Positions 1-9,263 of a stretch of DNA of 38,669 bases are shown one piece after another (positions within the stretch are counted from its first letter, which is position 1; every line of letters begins with the position of its first letter). Made by a program: the position numbers and the translations under genes. Source of the DNA: an uncultured virus (IMG/VR IMGVR_UViG_3300024999_000036) (taxonomy: Duplodnaviria > Heunggongvirae > Uroviricota > Caudoviricetes); IMG/VR virus record IMGVR_UViG_3300024999_000036; one strand, written 5' to 3'. The notes under the pieces are model-generated. The model was not told the DNA's origin and searched no databases. It was given only the letters and a program-made list of their open reading frames with translations.

Positions 1-160
1 CATCGTAATAAATACTTCCACTACTATGAAGTTCTGAGATTTGCTTAATATTCAATGGAACTAAATATTTTTTCTGCCCTTGGTTGTCTACTATTTCTGT
101 CACATTCTCAAATTCCCAATTAATCATTTCTTTCTTTTCTAATACACTAGCAACACCCAT
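1..160 (-). CDS. 5' part of a gene running off the window (MGVASVLEKKEMINWEFENV...SGSIYYD); possibly DndB/DGQHR-like
   Basis: Manual translation: ATG at 158-160, RBS AGGAG upstream, open to the window edge; the family guess is weak. Confidence 0.6.
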   Translation of the reverse strand, partial: MGVASVLEKKEMINWEFENVTEIVDNQGQKKYLVPLNIKQISELHSSGSIYYD

Positions 161-211
161 TTATTTCACTCTCCTATTATCATTTTTAATACTTTTAATC
201 ATCTTATTCTA

Positions 212-240
212 ATTATATCATTTTGTTGAATTTTTATACA
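212..240 (-). promoter_or_regulatory. SigA-type promoter with extended -10
   Basis: Minus strand TGTATA-17 bp-TATAAT with TG upstream of -10. Confidence 0.45.
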
Positions 241-439
241 TACTAAATCAATAAAATTTTAAAAAATTTAACAAATATCCTACCTTATTCTTTATTGCTA
301 AATATTCCATTCCACATTTCAATATATTTATGCCCTATTACCTAAAAATATAACCCATTTTATATATTGCTTATGATTTATTATAAAAATATAATTATAA
401 AAATATAAATTACAATGAAAAGTTTATATTCATATATGT

Positions 440-2071
440 TTATATCTTTTTTGCAATTTCCCAATGAAAATAATCATATCGTACCAAGTTTCTAATATCA
501 AAAGAATGTGTACTTGGTACACTATGAATATCAACAATAATTCCGTAAAATCCTAGATCATATTCATCTTCCTTATCCTCTTTTTTCTTAACGATGATAC
601 GATCTATTAATATTTCTATAATTTTCCTTTTATATTCATAACTTATTTTATCATTAATAATATCATCTTTATATTTGTTCATTATTTCAAATACTTTAGA
701 TGAAATTTCATTACTATATTTTTCTTGTTCTATTCTTTCATTGATTTTTTTAATTTCGTCTTGAAGATTTTTAATTTCAATGTTTATTTTAGATAAATCT
801 TTTTCCATTTCATTTTCTGAAATTAAATCCAACATAAACATTTTTTTAATTTTTTCACGATTTTTATTCTTATCCTCTAAAAGTTTACTATGCAATTCAA
901 ATTGTTTTAATAAAATATCATCATTTTTTTTCTCTCCTAATTTTTCCTTAAGTAAATTAGGATTAGTACACATATCTTTAATTTCATTCCAAACAGCATT
1001 ATCTAATTTATCAGCATGTATTGTTTTACTAAGACATTTATACGCCCCCATAGTTTTAGGATTTTTACCATTACATCTATAAACAAAATATTTCTTATTT
1101 TTATATCCATTATAAGTAGTACAAATTAATGATTTACCGCATATACCACATTTTAATTTAGATCTTAATAAATAATCATATTTTGTATTTGATTTTTTAT
1201 ATGTTTTATTTTCTTCTGCTTGTTTACGTGCTAATCCATATAATTCTTCTGAAATTATTGATGGTACTTCTGCATAAATCCAATCTGATTCATCTCTCCA
1301 AGTATATGTTTTCTTTTTATTTCCACTAGCAGTTCTTTCTCCTATGATTTTTTTACTTTGTCTTCTATTATAAATATATTTACCTATATATATTTCAGAT
1401 CGAAGTATTCTACTAATTGAACTTTTACACCAATTATCAGATTCTTTTCTTTTAGGTTGTACCCCCATATCAGATAATTTTGTTCCCATTTCGGTTAAAC
1501 TTAATTTTTCATATACGTACCACTTATAAATTAATTTAACAATTTCTGCTTCTTGCTCATTTATGATTAATTTACCTTCAATTAATTCATAGCCAAAAGG
1601 AGCAGACCTCATAGGCATAATTTTACCATCACGAGAAACTGCTTTTTCTCTTCCACTAGTAGTTCGCATTTTAATTCTTGCTAATTCATATTGCCCAAGT
1701 GAACTCATCATATTGAAGAATAATTGTCCTTCTGGTGTAGATTTAAATTCCATATCTACAAAAACAAGTTTAACATCATTGTTTTCAAATTCTCTACACA
1801 CAATTAATTTATTTGTTAAATCTCTTGAAAATCTATCAGGATGCATACAAATAACACCATTAATTAAACCATGTTTTATATCTTCTCTTAGTTTGTTTAA
1901 TTCAGTTCTGTCTAAATCCTCTCCTGTTTCTCCTTCTTCGCTATATATTTTCCATTCATTTATACCCATATTTTTTAATTCTTTTATACATTTTTCTGTT
2001 TGTGATTCAAGACTATATCCTTCCTGAACTTGCTGTCCTGTAGACACTCTAGGATAAATTGCCCAAGTCAT
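440..2071 (-). CDS. Large serine recombinase (integrase)
   Basis: YPRVST catalytic Ser motif, DRFSR, recombinase domain, Zn ribbon CGICG...YRC...C, coiled coil; 543 aa. Confidence 0.95.
   Translation of the reverse strand: MTWAIYPRVSTGQQVQEGYSLESQTEKCIKELKNMGINEWKIYSEEGETGEDLDRTELNKLREDIKHGLINGVICMHPDRFSRDLTNKLIVCREFENNDVKLVFVDMEFKSTPEGQLFFNMMSSLGQYELARIKMRTTSGREKAVSRDGKIMPMRSAPFGYELIEGKLIINEQEAEIVKLIYKWYVYEKLSLTEMGTKLSDMGVQPKRKESDNWCKSSISRILRSEIYIGKYIYNRRQSKKIIGERTASGNKKKTYTWRDESDWIYAEVPSIISEELYGLARKQAEENKTYKKSNTKYDYLLRSKLKCGICGKSLICTTYNGYKNKKYFVYRCNGKNPKTMGAYKCLSKTIHADKLDNAVWNEIKDMCTNPNLLKEKLGEKKNDDILLKQFELHSKLLEDKNKNREKIKKMFMLDLISENEMEKDLSKINIEIKNLQDEIKKINERIEQEKYSNEISSKVFEIMNKYKDDIINDKISYEYKRKIIEILIDRIIVKKKEDKEDEYDLGFYGIIVDIHSVPSTHSFDIRNLVRYDYFHWEIAKKI
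471..530. other. Putative attP-like site inside the integrase 3' end
   Basis: Imperfect inverted repeat TAATCATATCGTACCAAGT / ACTTGGTACACTATGAATA (16/19 symmetric), centred on AA at 500-501. Confidence 0.6.
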
Positions 2072-2147
2072 AAATATTAATTCCCCCTGTTGAATACAAT
2101 AATACTTATACCTATTATTATATATTTAACACACTATGTCAATACAA

Positions 2148-2177
2148 AAAAATGGTTAGAATATTCTAACCATTTTT
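2148..2177 (-). terminator. Rho-independent terminator upstream of the integrase
   Basis: Perfect palindrome AAAAATGGTTAGAATATTCTAACCATTTTT ending in a T7 tract on the minus strand. Confidence 0.75.
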
Positions 2178-2294
2178 ACGTTTATTAACATCATCTATTA
2201 ACATAGAAATAATGAGAAAATATAATTCATTCAATTCTTCTTCTGAATATTTATTTTCATTTGCAATATAATTAATATTAAATTTATACTCCAT
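2166..2294 (-). CDS. 42-aa protein, candidate recombination directionality factor
   Basis: MEYKFNINYIANENKYSEEELNELYFLIISMLIDDVNKRKNG; RBS GAGGTG; directly upstream of the integrase; below the ORF-track size cutoff. Confidence 0.55.
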   Translation of the reverse strand: MEYKFNINYIANENKYSEEELNELYFLIISMLIDDVNKRKNG

Positions 2295-2328
2295 AAACAT
2301 CACCTCTTGCAATATGTATATTGACTAA

Positions 2329-3063
2329 TCAACTAATTTTTGCTTGGTAATTATTGTTAATTTCTTCAGTAATAATATTTCTCACGATACTTCTATAATA
2401 TTTATAATAATATAATGATCGTTTTTTAAATTTATTATTAAATTCTATTTGTTCTTTTTCATCTAAACTATCATAATAATCAATTATTTCTTTAATATGT
2501 GGACGATTTAAATAAAGTCCTCTGTCTTTATTTCTAAATCTTTTATTATTAAGTGGATTCATCTTATAAAAATCAATTCCAAATAAAAACATTTGATGAT
2601 AAATCGCTGTCAGATGTCTTACGTATCTATCTTCTACACATCCATTAGTAATAAGTGAATGGCAACTATTACAAATACGCAACATATTAACAGTATCATC
2701 ACTACCACCTTCTGATGCAGGTATACAATGGTGGTCTTCAAATTCTGTTGTTTTATTTAAACATATAGGACAATATTTATTTTCAAGATATGTAATTTTA
2801 TTTGTTGTTTGACTTTTAGTGTCTAAATTTAAATATAAACTTTTAGGTTTAGAATGTTTCTCCCAAACGTCTTTTACCCAAATTTTTTCTTCATCACTTA
2901 GTATTAATTGTGGATCATATATACCATCAAAAACATAGAATTTACAGTTTAAAATTAAATCATCATTACCCCATATAACACCTATATCATTTTCTATGTC
3001 ATAATTAAACCACCAATCTTCATTATGCTCATTTGTAAATGTTTCTAAATATTTATCGTTCAA
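2329..3063 (-). CDS. HNH endonuclease domain protein
   Basis: CPIC...EDHHCIPASEGG...NMLRICNSCH motif. Confidence 0.8.
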   Translation of the reverse strand: MNDKYLETFTNEHNEDWWFNYDIENDIGVIWGNDDLILNCKFYVFDGIYDPQLILSDEEKIWVKDVWEKHSKPKSLYLNLDTKSQTTNKITYLENKYCPICLNKTTEFEDHHCIPASEGGSDDTVNMLRICNSCHSLITNGCVEDRYVRHLTAIYHQMFLFGIDFYKMNPLNNKRFRNKDRGLYLNRPHIKEIIDYYDSLDEKEQIEFNNKFKKRSLYYYKYYRSIVRNIITEEINNNYQAKIS

Positions 3064-3079
3064 ATTATTCTCCTTTTTA

Positions 3080-3631
3080 TTATTTTAATATTTCTTTAAC
3101 AACCTTATAAAACTCATCCCAATTACTAACTCTAAAATCACATTTAATATCTTTATTATATTCTCTATCCATAACAACTGTAATCCCTCTAAATCTCCTA
3201 ACATAATCAGGACAGTCATCAAACAAAATCCCATTCCCATCTAATTTCTCTAACAATTCACCTTTATTACCAACAAGAATTAAATTTCTAATATTAAAGA
3301 ATGGTAAATATTCTTTAACCCATAAAAACTTCTCAAATACACTATGTTCATTCATAGGACTAGAAACAATAAACACTTCATATAACCCGTTATTAATCAA
3401 TTTCTTAATCGTTTCTATTGCTCCTCCTATTGCTTGTAATTGCATGAAGAATCCAGGTTTATTAATAATTTCAAATCCTTCATTACCTATGTATTGTGCT
3501 AAATTATATGTTTTAATGTCAGATACTTTAAGATTTTTATTATATTTTTCGTTATATTTGAAACATAAACTAGATAACATATCTACACTAACCTCATCCA
3601 TGTCTATGTATATTGTTAGTTTATTTTTCAC
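3080..3631 (-). CDS. 5'(3')-deoxyribonucleotidase (NT5C, HAD family)
   Basis: IYIDMDEV motif I, VSSP, EKFLWV, LFDD; GTG at 3629-3631 follows GGAGG. Confidence 0.85.
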   Translation of the reverse strand: MKNKLTIYIDMDEVSVDMLSSLCFKYNEKYNKNLKVSDIKTYNLAQYIGNEGFEIINKPGFFMQLQAIGGAIETIKKLINNGLYEVFIVSSPMNEHSVFEKFLWVKEYLPFFNIRNLILVGNKGELLEKLDGNGILFDDCPDYVRRFRGITVVMDREYNKDIKCDFRVSNWDEFYKVVKEILK

Positions 3632-4055
3632 TATTATCCTCCCATGACAGACCAATTTTATCTAAACAATTTTCTTTTTTTACTTTCTCAACTTTCCCTA
3701 AATAATGTGGCATATCATCCCATTCTATCTCACCAAGTTCTTGATGATGCATAATAGCAAAAGCATTCCATGCAATTGCAGATAAATGATCTTCTGATTC
3801 GTCACCCTTTTTAAAAGCAATTACATGTCTTTCTAATGAAGCTATATATCTTGAAAATGGCATACCTTTCTCCCAATTTCTATCACCATATTTATTTGAG
3901 CCAAGTTCATACCATTTTGAAAGTCTAGTGATAGCAAATGGAGTAATTAAATCTGGTCTACCTTTACCTGTATCTGGTTCTCTTTGTGCAGCATTTTCAC
4001 CATAATTTATTCTTTGTCCATTGTCGTTCATTTTACCATTTAAACTAGTAATCAT
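3621..4055 (-). CDS. dATP/dGTP diphosphohydrolase domain protein (DUF5664-like)
   Basis: GKGRPDLI...GSNKYGDRNWEKG...SLERH...EDHLSAIAWN signature. Confidence 0.85.
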   Translation of the reverse strand: MITSLNGKMNDNGQRINYGENAAQREPDTGKGRPDLITPFAITRLSKWYELGSNKYGDRNWEKGMPFSRYIASLERHVIAFKKGDESEDHLSAIAWNAFAIMHHQELGEIEWDDMPHYLGKVEKVKKENCLDKIGLSWEDNSEK

Positions 4056-4091
4056 ATATTGCTCCTTTATATTTTTATTTATTTTTGTATT

Positions 4092-4409
4092 TTATTCTTC
4101 ACAATTAAATCTATTCCACAGACATCTTCCAATACTATGTATTTTCTTATTATATTCAATTAAATCAATTTTCTTATCAATTAAATCAGTATAACATTTT
4201 CTATATTCTTTCAATATATCGTCAATTTTTATATTAATACTATTATAGCAATATCTTAATTCTTCTAATATATTACATATCATACTTATTTCTAAGTCAA
4301 TAAAATTACAAGTTTCAATAGGCACTCTTGTAGTACATTGATCAATATATGGATTACCATCTTTATTATTATATATTTTATTCAATATATTTTTAATTTG
4401 TTTACTTAT
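4092..4409 (-). CDS. Hypothetical protein (probable ATA start)
   Basis: Track ORF 4092..4385 extends in frame to ATA at 4407-4409, 7 nt after AAAGGAGG. Confidence 0.6.
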   Translation of the reverse strand: MSKQIKNILNKIYNNKDGNPYIDQCTTRVPIETCNFIDLEISMICNILEELRYCYNSINIKIDDILKEYRKCYTDLIDKKIDLIEYNKKIHSIGRCLWNRFNCEE

Positions 4410-4454
4410 ATTAAAACCTCCTTTCTAAATTTATATTATCATTTTATACTTTTA

Positions 4455-4619
4455 TCATTCTTTTTCTAAAATATATTCAATGTAATCAGTTTCCCTATTA
4501 TTTAAATAAATAGGAGTTGAAAATTTAACAATCCAACCTTCTCTTAATTTTTCTTCTAATTGTCTCATAGGATTCAAATAGGTTCCTTCTTTATAAGTTC
4601 TAACTACACAATTTTTCAT
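4455..4619 (-). CDS. Small hypothetical protein (54 aa)
   Basis: ATG with AGGAG RBS; manual translation. Confidence 0.55.
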   Translation of the reverse strand: MKNCVVRTYKEGTYLNPMRQLEEKLREGWIVKFSTPIYLNNRETDYIEYILEKE

Positions 4620-4670
4620 AATTATTCTCCTTTCTAACTTTATATTATTATTCTATTAATATTCCTATCA

Positions 4671-5501
4671 CTATACAGCAATAGGAATCCCTTTAATTTG
4701 TTCTCCGCATTTATACCCTTCTAAAACAAAATCATCCACAGTAAAATCATAGAAATTCTTAACCTTATTATTAATAATTAATCTAGGTGCATTATAACTT
4801 TCCCTATTAATTAATTCTTCGATTATACTTACATGCCTATCATAAATATGAGCATCACAAATCACATGAATAAACTCTCCTACTTCTAAATTACTTACTT
4901 GTGCAAACATATAAATTAAACACGCATATTGGACTGTATTCCATGAGTTAGCAGCTAAAACATCTTGACTCCTTTGATTTAATATTCCATTCAACTTATT
5001 TCCCTCAACATTAAATGTCATACTATATGCACAAGGGTAAAGATTCATTGCATGTAAATCTTCAAAATTATAAATATTAGTCATAATTCTTCTGCTATAT
5101 GGATTATGTTCTAAATCATATAATACTCTATCTACTTGATCAAACCATCCTTCTTTATATTTATGTTTCTTTTGAAATTGAAAACCGTAACATTTTCCTA
5201 TTGAACCATTTTCATCTGCCCATTGATTCCATATCCTCGAATTTAAATCTTTAATATTATTAGATTTTTTTTGAAATATCCATAAAATTTCATCAATAGA
5301 TGCTTTTAAATTTGTTGGTCTTAAAGTTAAAATAGGAAATTCTTCTTGTAAATTATATTTATTAATTACACCAAACTTTTTAATTGTGTGTGCAGGAATT
5401 CCATCTTCCCACTTTGCTCTTATAATTTGTCCATGTGAGTATGTTCCGTTTTCTAGAATATCTTTACACATATTAATAAATATTTGATCTGCTTTGCTCA
5501 T
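4671..5501 (-). CDS. thyA: Thymidylate synthase
   Basis: EILW, IWNQW, SRR, LYPC (catalytic Cys), QRSQD, DAHIY. Confidence 0.97.
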   Translation of the reverse strand: MSKADQIFINMCKDILENGTYSHGQIIRAKWEDGIPAHTIKKFGVINKYNLQEEFPILTLRPTNLKASIDEILWIFQKKSNNIKDLNSRIWNQWADENGSIGKCYGFQFQKKHKYKEGWFDQVDRVLYDLEHNPYSRRIMTNIYNFEDLHAMNLYPCAYSMTFNVEGNKLNGILNQRSQDVLAANSWNTVQYACLIYMFAQVSNLEVGEFIHVICDAHIYDRHVSIIEELINRESYNAPRLIINNKVKNFYDFTVDDFVLEGYKCGEQIKGIPIAV

Positions 5502-5544
5502 ATGTATATTGTTTCTCCTTTTTAATATTTATTTTATATTATTA

Positions 5545-5730
5545 TTATCTTAAAAGTGTATGATAATCTAATACTCTTAATTTACTTGCCATATATTCTT
5601 CATGTTCAACTAATTTTCGTTGAAGTTTCTCAATAGCATCTTTGTGTTTAACTTCTTCTTGTTCCATTCTTTGTTCTAAGTTTTTAATTTGTAATTGTAG
5701 ATTATAAATAATTTCATTTATGTTTGACAT
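5545..5730 (-). CDS. Hypothetical coiled-coil protein
   Basis: ORF with AGGAG RBS. Confidence 0.6.
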   Translation of the reverse strand: MSNINEIIYNLQLQIKNLEQRMEQEEVKHKDAIEKLQRKLVEHEEYMASKLRVLDYHTLLR

Positions 5731-5789
5731 ATTATTTCTCCTTTATTGTTTTATATTATTTATTTTATCTTTTTATAACTCAAAATCAC

Positions 5790-5981
5790 CTAGAACAAAA
5801 ACTTACCAATTAAAAATGCTATGCTTATCAACACTGTCCCTATAACTATCCCTAACGATATCATAGGTGTCACAACATCATAAGGATGAAAAGCATTTTT
5901 ATTGTAAAAATAATATGCATAACCAAAACCTGTACAGATAAATAGTATTAAGAATCCCCACCAAGGAATATATAAATTTAT
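5790..5981 (-). CDS. 63-aa two-TM membrane protein (ATA start)
   Basis: AAGGAGGTGA RBS, consensus promoter upstream, two hydrophobic segments; an in-frame TGA upstream prevents extension. Confidence 0.6.
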   Translation of the reverse strand: MNLYIPWWGFLILFICTGFGYAYYFYNKNAFHPYDVVTPMISLGIVIGTVLISIAFLIGKFLF

Positions 5982-6010
5982 AAGAAATCACCTCCTTTAT
6001 TGTTGATGTA

Positions 6011-6039
6011 ATTATACTATTATATTTGTATTCTGTCAA
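6011..6039 (-). promoter_or_regulatory. Consensus SigA promoter
   Basis: TTGACA-17 bp-TATAAT, perfect. Confidence 0.85.
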
Positions 6040-6045
6040 TCTTTA

Positions 6046-6110
6046 ATCATCATAAAACATGAATTTTATACAGTTTTTCAATTTCTAAAACTCTTATAAA
6101 TCAATGCTTT
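6046..6110. repeat. Composite palindromic site: core plus 23-bp accessory palindrome
   Basis: ATCATC-ATAAAA-catgaa-TTTTAT, 18 nt, AAACTCTTATAAATCAATGCTTT. Confidence 0.7.
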
Positions 6111-6366
6111 ATAGACTATCAGTTTTTTCATTTTTAATTTTTCAAGTAAATTATTTTTATTTAAAGAATTTATAAACATTTTATTAATTTGTTTGCGTTT
6201 TTTCTGATTGAAATTCACCATTATTAATATTAATAAGATTCATTTCACAATTCCAAGCATGATTACTATTACTAATATCTTGTAAACAAAATGGACATAT
6301 AATATTATTCATATTAATTATATTTTATCCTTTCTAATCTTTTATTTTATTTTTATTCCATTATTT

Positions 6367-6507
6367 TTATTCCATTACAAAATAACATCCACAATCACAA
6401 AATACAATAGGTTTACCATTATTATCTAATTTAACAACTTTAGGATCAATAATTAATTTACCACATCTTGGACAATTTATATTACCCATTAAAATACCTT
6501 TTGGCAT
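6367..6507 (-). CDS. 46-aa Zn-ribbon microprotein
   Basis: CPRCG...FCDCG; AGGAGG RBS. Confidence 0.6.
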   Translation of the reverse strand: MPKGILMGNINCPRCGKLIIDPKVVKLDNNGKPIVFCDCGCYFVME

Positions 6508-6533
6508 AAATATTCCTCCTATATATTTTATCA

Positions 6534-6725
6534 TCACTCATCTTCCAAATATCTCTCCAAACAATTAACACAATCTTCAATACATGCAATACGAAATTTA
6601 ATACAACAATATTTATCTCTATGTAATTTTTCAGCAATCTTTCTTTTTTCTTCTTTCCTCCCTTCTTCTTTTTTCATTTCTGAGAATTGTTCTATAGTAT
6701 CTGCATAAAAAGTTATTTTGCTCAT
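6534..6725 (-). CDS. Hypothetical Cys-rich protein
   Basis: ORF with RBS. Confidence 0.6.
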   Translation of the reverse strand: MSKITFYADTIEQFSEMKKEEGRKEEKRKIAEKLHRDKYCCIKFRIACIEDCVNCLERYLEDE

Positions 6726-6770
6726 AGATTACTCCTTTCTTTATAATTTTATTATACTTATATTATAATT

Positions 6771-6989
6771 TTACAATTTAATATTAATCCTAAAATCACA
6801 CTCAAGTATCAATTTTGCTAAATCTTTCTGCAATTTAGTTGCGATATTATGCCATTCTATTACTTCTATATCTGATATTTCTACAGGTTGATCCTGATTC
6901 TGAAATATAATAGATAATTCTTTAATCCTATCTTGAAGTGATTGAAATTGGTTATAAAATTGTTTATCTGATCTTATTGTATGTTGCAT
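6771..6989 (-). CDS. Hypothetical protein
   Basis: ORF with AGGAGG RBS. Confidence 0.6.
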   Translation of the reverse strand: MQHTIRSDKQFYNQFQSLQDRIKELSIIFQNQDQPVEISDIEVIEWHNIATKLQKDLAKLILECDFRINIKL

Positions 6990-7168
6990 GGTTAATTTGC
7001 CTCCTTTCTTACATTTTTACTCTAATGTCATTTATATCTGACGTACTAATACTGCCATCTTCATACACAATAATTGCTAATGTTTTACCATCTGCTCTAA
7101 CAAAATTAATAACATAAGCATCAAAACTTACTGGCATATCACAAAAATGTGTTAATTTTAATTTCATA

Positions 7169-7414
7169 TTATTTCTCCTTTTTGAAACTTTCTATTACAT
7201 TACAAACTCCTTCAATAAGTTTATAATAAAATTCATTAACAAAATCATCTAACGTCATTAAATGTTCTCCGTCCCATTCAAGTCTAATTTCATCAGAAGA
7301 ATAACCTTTAAGTCCTTTTATTTCACCAATCATGTCTGATATAATCTCATTTTTATTATATCCTTCTTCTAATTCAAAGAAATCAATTATTTGTTGTAGT
7401 TTTTTATTACTCAT
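7169..7414 (-). CDS. Hypothetical protein
   Basis: ORF with RBS. Confidence 0.6.
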   Translation of the reverse strand: MSNKKLQQIIDFFELEEGYNKNEIISDMIGEIKGLKGYSSDEIRLEWDGEHLMTLDDFVNEFYYKLIEGVCNVIESFKKEK

Positions 7415-7415
7415 A

Positions 7416-7598
7416 TTAATCTCCCTTATATTCTTCTAATATAATAGTCATTTCTTCTAACCATTCTGCACATTTTTCTAATTGTTGTTTTCTATAATTA
7501 ATGTCACGATTAGTAGACATTCTACGATAAGAATCCACTATTAAATTAAGATTTTTATTGTATTTTGATAATAGATTCACAGGTAATAGATTTAGAAT
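7416..7598 (-). CDS. 60-aa hypothetical protein (ATT start)
   Basis: AGAAAGGAGGTTTTAAT-ATT, same leader as the gene at 4409; open frame to TAA at 7416. Confidence 0.5.
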   Translation of the reverse strand: MLNLLPVNLLSKYNKNLNLIVDSYRRMSTNRDINYRKQQLEKCAEWLEEMTIILEEYKGD

Positions 7599-7636
7599 AT
7601 TAAAACCTCCTTTCTATATCATAATAAATGAAATTA

Positions 7637-7933
7637 TTATATAGACTCAACCATATTATCTTTTATTAAATTATATAAAGGTTTTAAATTAAAAATATTA
7701 AATAATCCTGTTTCTTCAACATAACATAAAATATCTATATGTCTATTATTTGTATTTACAGTAATTCTAAATTCATTATTAATTTGACAAAACCAATTAT
7801 TTAAATGATAATAATGATCTTCTGGATGTTCACAATTTGTGGGATCTTCTATAAATCCATATTGTGCCAGTTTATTTAAATTTATATTATCTTTTAATTT
7901 AATATATTGATTCATAATTATTCCTTCTTCCAA
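7637..7933 (-). CDS. Hypothetical protein
   Basis: ORF track; real start probably the second Met. Confidence 0.6.
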   Translation of the reverse strand: MEEGIIMNQYIKLKDNINLNKLAQYGFIEDPTNCEHPEDHYYHLNNWFCQINNEFRITVNTNNRHIDILCYVEETGLFNIFNLKPLYNLIKDNMVESI

Positions 7934-8312
7934 TTTTCATAAGTATTCCAAATAACATTAATTACATTTTCTTCTATTTGTTTAATATTATGATTCGTTC
8001 CTACTATACCTTGTCTTTTAATTTCATTAATTAAATATTCAACAAAACCTCTTATACCTAATGACATGATTTATTTTCTCCTTTCTTTTTAAATATTATA
8101 TTTCATCTCTTATTTCTCTAATAAAACTTTTTATTTTGCAAACATCACACATATTTCCATCTATCCATGCATCTTCAATATCTCCATATAACATACTCAT
8201 AATAGTATCTTCCATTTCTTGTTTATTGCATTTATATTTACAAAAATAATTTTGAATATCTTGTAGTTTTTTCCATTTCTAAATTTATTATAAGGATATG
8301 CCTCCTTTCTAA

Positions 8313-8377
8313 ATCATCACAAAATTTATCTTTTGTGATGATATTTAATCTCACAAATTCTTTATTTATAAGGGTTT
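8313..8377. repeat. Composite palindromic site with a perfect 12-6-12 core
   Basis: ATCATCACAAAA-tttatc-TTTTGTGATGAT, then AAATTCTTTATTTATAAGGGTTT 18 nt after the inner arm. Confidence 0.75.
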
Positions 8378-8396
8378 CTAATTAGTCATTAGTTAA

Positions 8397-9245
8397 TTAT
8401 TTAAATAAATTTAACCATTCTTTATTATTAATCTTACTATTGCCACTAATCCCACCTTTCCCTCCTTTGAAATTTAATAAAAATGATTCTTCTGAATACT
8501 TTTTACATTCTGATACATATATTGGTGCTAATGTTTCTTGCATTAAATCACCAACAAATTCTTCCCAATTAAAACTAAAACCATATTTAGTTGTATTTTT
8601 ATATGGAGGGTCAATATAAAAAATAGAATTATCGGTATTTTTAAATCTTATGTATTCTAAAAAATCGTAAATATCAATATGTAAACAAGTTAATCCTTTA
8701 CATTTATCTACTATTGAAAGCATTCTTCTTTTAATAGTATCTGGCATTGGTATCATTGGATTAACAGGACTTTTTCTTTTTGCAATACCATTAGGTTGCC
8801 AATAATTTCTAAAAGAAGTATTATTCCAAATACCATTTTCTTTCCATATTTGTTTACCACCAAATGCACCAGATTGTAATAAAATATATCTGTATTCTTC
8901 ATCAATTTCAGGATTTTCTTTTGATAATTTTTTTAAATATGATTGTATTTTATATTTGTCTTTTGGTACATTTTCAATATATGTATTAAATTTTTCAATA
9001 TCATATTCTCCGCTACCTACTTTACTCCAAAACAAACCCCAAGAACTTTTATCTAACATAACAATATTTTTTGGTTTTATTCCTCTGGAGATTAATTCTA
9101 ATGATATTGTACCTGTGCCACAACATAAATCATAAAATTTTGTATTATTGTTTATAACATTTTGTTCAAATATTAAATCAATAATTTCAGTTACCACTCT
9201 TTGTTTTGCACCTTGATAGGTACAAGGCGGTATTAACTTTTGCAA
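8397..9245 (-). CDS. Orphan DNA adenine methyltransferase (D12/Dam-like)
   Basis: YQGAK, DLCCGTG (motif I), IDPPY (motif IV). Confidence 0.85.
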   Translation of the reverse strand: MQKLIPPCTYQGAKQRVVTEIIDLIFEQNVINNNTKFYDLCCGTGTISLELISRGIKPKNIVMLDKSSWGLFWSKVGSGEYDIEKFNTYIENVPKDKYKIQSYLKKLSKENPEIDEEYRYILLQSGAFGGKQIWKENGIWNNTSFRNYWQPNGIAKRKSPVNPMIPMPDTIKRRMLSIVDKCKGLTCLHIDIYDFLEYIRFKNTDNSIFYIDPPYKNTTKYGFSFNWEEFVGDLMQETLAPIYVSECKKYSEESFLLNFKGGKGGISGNSKINNKEWLNLFK

Positions 9246-9263
9246 ATAATCGCTCCTTTTATT

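Noticed and set aside
3621..4055. Z-base (2-aminoadenine) pathway
   Set aside because: No PurZ or DatZ in the window; the diphosphohydrolase alone is not diagnostic
6347..6374. 14-bp tandem duplication TTATTTTTATTCCA
   Set aside because: Two copies in low-complexity DNA at a gene end; likely slippage
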